DNA of 64,000 nt from Lama guanicoe (Eukaryota): contig MU053934.1 in NCBI GenBank assembly GCA_013239625.1, positions 6,838,399-6,902,398 on the forward strand, given 5' to 3'. The notes beneath the pieces are model-generated. The model was not told the DNA's origin. It searched no databases and was given only the letters and a program-made list of their open reading frames with translations. Position 1 is the stretch's first letter. Every line of letters begins with the position of its first letter. This document shows positions 62,594-64,000 of this stretch, piece after piece. The position numbers and the translations under genes were made by a program.

Positions 62594-63249
62594 TGACAAA
62601 GACTGTGTCCTTCACCAAACTCTAGTCAGGCTCCTCTGAGCCCTCTTCTCCACTAGACCTCAACGTTGATCTATAAGAATTGCAGCTTTTAGCACAATCG
62701 GTTTCAGCCACCACTATCCCCCTGCCACGCACGGGCACGTGCGCGCGCACACACGCACACACACAGAGACTTGAACAAACATTAGCATGGTTTCTAGCAG
62801 CTCAAGGCTGTCCCTAGGATGAGGACCCTAGTCCCCTTAAAGTGCCTGAGAAGACTCAGGCTGCCAAGAGAATGCACCATTTGCTCCAGCCAGCATGTGA
62901 ACTTTCTCTTAGAGCAGTTATGTTAGAAAGTTCACAATTGTAAGTTCTTTCTGTGTCCCTTTGAGACACACCCAGGAGTATCATTCTCAGAGACCTGAAG
63001 GCCATTCCTTTGAAACAGCATCTTCAGGAGAGATAGGGCCCCTGTTCCCAGCCTCTGTGGGAGGGCAGGAGCCTAACTTCCATGACTTCCGGCTGGCTGG
63101 CCTGATGGCACTGACACTGACCCACCCTCTGACTTGCTCCCTCTCCCTGTTCACTCACCTGTGCACAAGTCAGAGTGGAGCTCAGCTCTTTCCTCGATGC
63201 AGTGGATACTGAATAAAATGTTTTCTAATGTCCAGCTTTATCTTTGACG
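62594..63249 (+). mobile_element. ERV1 solo LTR (MER67/MER31-like)
   Basis: tgacaaagactgtgtccttcaccaaactctagtcaggctcctctgagccc...gacttgaacaaaca...aataaa...tctttgac. Confidence 0.8.
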
Positions 63250-63419
63250 TGTGATCACCAAGATACACTGTTAAGTGTAGTCTGCAAGGTGTGGGCTGGG
63301 AGGCCTGGGGCAGGTGGGCGGGACCATGCCTGGCCAGGTACCCTTCCATGCCTGCCAGTTGTAGAGGACACATGCTTGGCCATGATTTTCAAAGTCAAGG
63401 CATAAATACCAGAATAATT

Positions 63420-63592
63420 TTAGGTAACATTCATTGAATGCCCGGCATGATTCTCCCCACTTTGTGTGATTAACTCATCCTATCCTCATGGCCCCTGCAG
63501 AGTGTTACTTTTATTGGACCCATTTTACAGACAAGAACCAGAGACACAGAAAGGTAGAGTAGCTGGCTCAAGATCATGGAGCTAGTGAGTGA
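63420..63592 (-). mobile_element. MIR
   Basis: cccattttacagacaagaaccagagacacagaaagg...gctcaagatcatggagctagtgagtg. Confidence 0.75.
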
Positions 63593-64000
63593 CGTGCACA
63601 AAGGTTTTCTCACGTGCTTCTCATTTAAGATTCCCATAGTTTATCTTTCTACCAAAAGAGAGGAAAACAAAAACCCAAATTCATGGAAACTGGATATACT
63701 TGGCATTTAAATAAACATGTTGTCTTTTCTCATAATTAGGTTTATCTTTAATTATGAAATTTCCTAATTAGCAGAAGTAAAGTACTCATAAAACCAACTC
63801 ACCCCAGCCACCAAAAGAAACTAACATTTATGTTATAGACATGAGACTTCTTGCCTTTGCAAAATTTAAAATCTTGCAGTCCTCACCCTCTGTTCTTATG
63901 AGGAACATATATTTCAAAGCACTACTGATTACTCATTTCAAAGTGTACGTAATAAAACACAAAAAGCCTGGAAGATACCAAGACTAAATACACAAACTTT

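Noticed and set aside
62725..62766. Alternating purine-pyrimidine (Z-DNA-prone) tract
   Set aside because: An ordinary (CA/CG)n microsatellite inside an LTR.

Overview
This is mammalian genomic DNA, most likely camelid: it carries a vic-1-type tRNA-Ala-derived SINE and camelid/artiodactyl-type L1 3' ends. It looks intergenic or intronic. I can support no protein-coding exon. The ORF track is explained by GC-rich sequence and by decayed L1/L2 coding remnants. The left ~30 kb is GC-rich and dense in MIR and L2. The 30-41 kb block is dominated by old, fragmented L1. An orphan CpG island lies at ~50.1-50.8 kb, and the unique sequence to its right is clearly more AT-rich. Several repeat-free blocks look like conserved enhancers, and there is one near-perfect CTCF motif. 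The most notable structures are: a ~220-bp inverted homologous pair at 45.5 and 48.2 kb that I cannot assign to a family; a four-level nested transposon stack at 8.6-10 kb; an inverted L1 segment whose breakpoint region is present twice; a scrambled L1 insert flanked by direct repeats; and L1 relics with strong AT-to-GC drift. There is also weak evidence for a spliced minus-strand transcript starting at the CpG island. I found no convincing novel multi-gene system. Repeat family names come from recalled consensus sequences, not from a database search.
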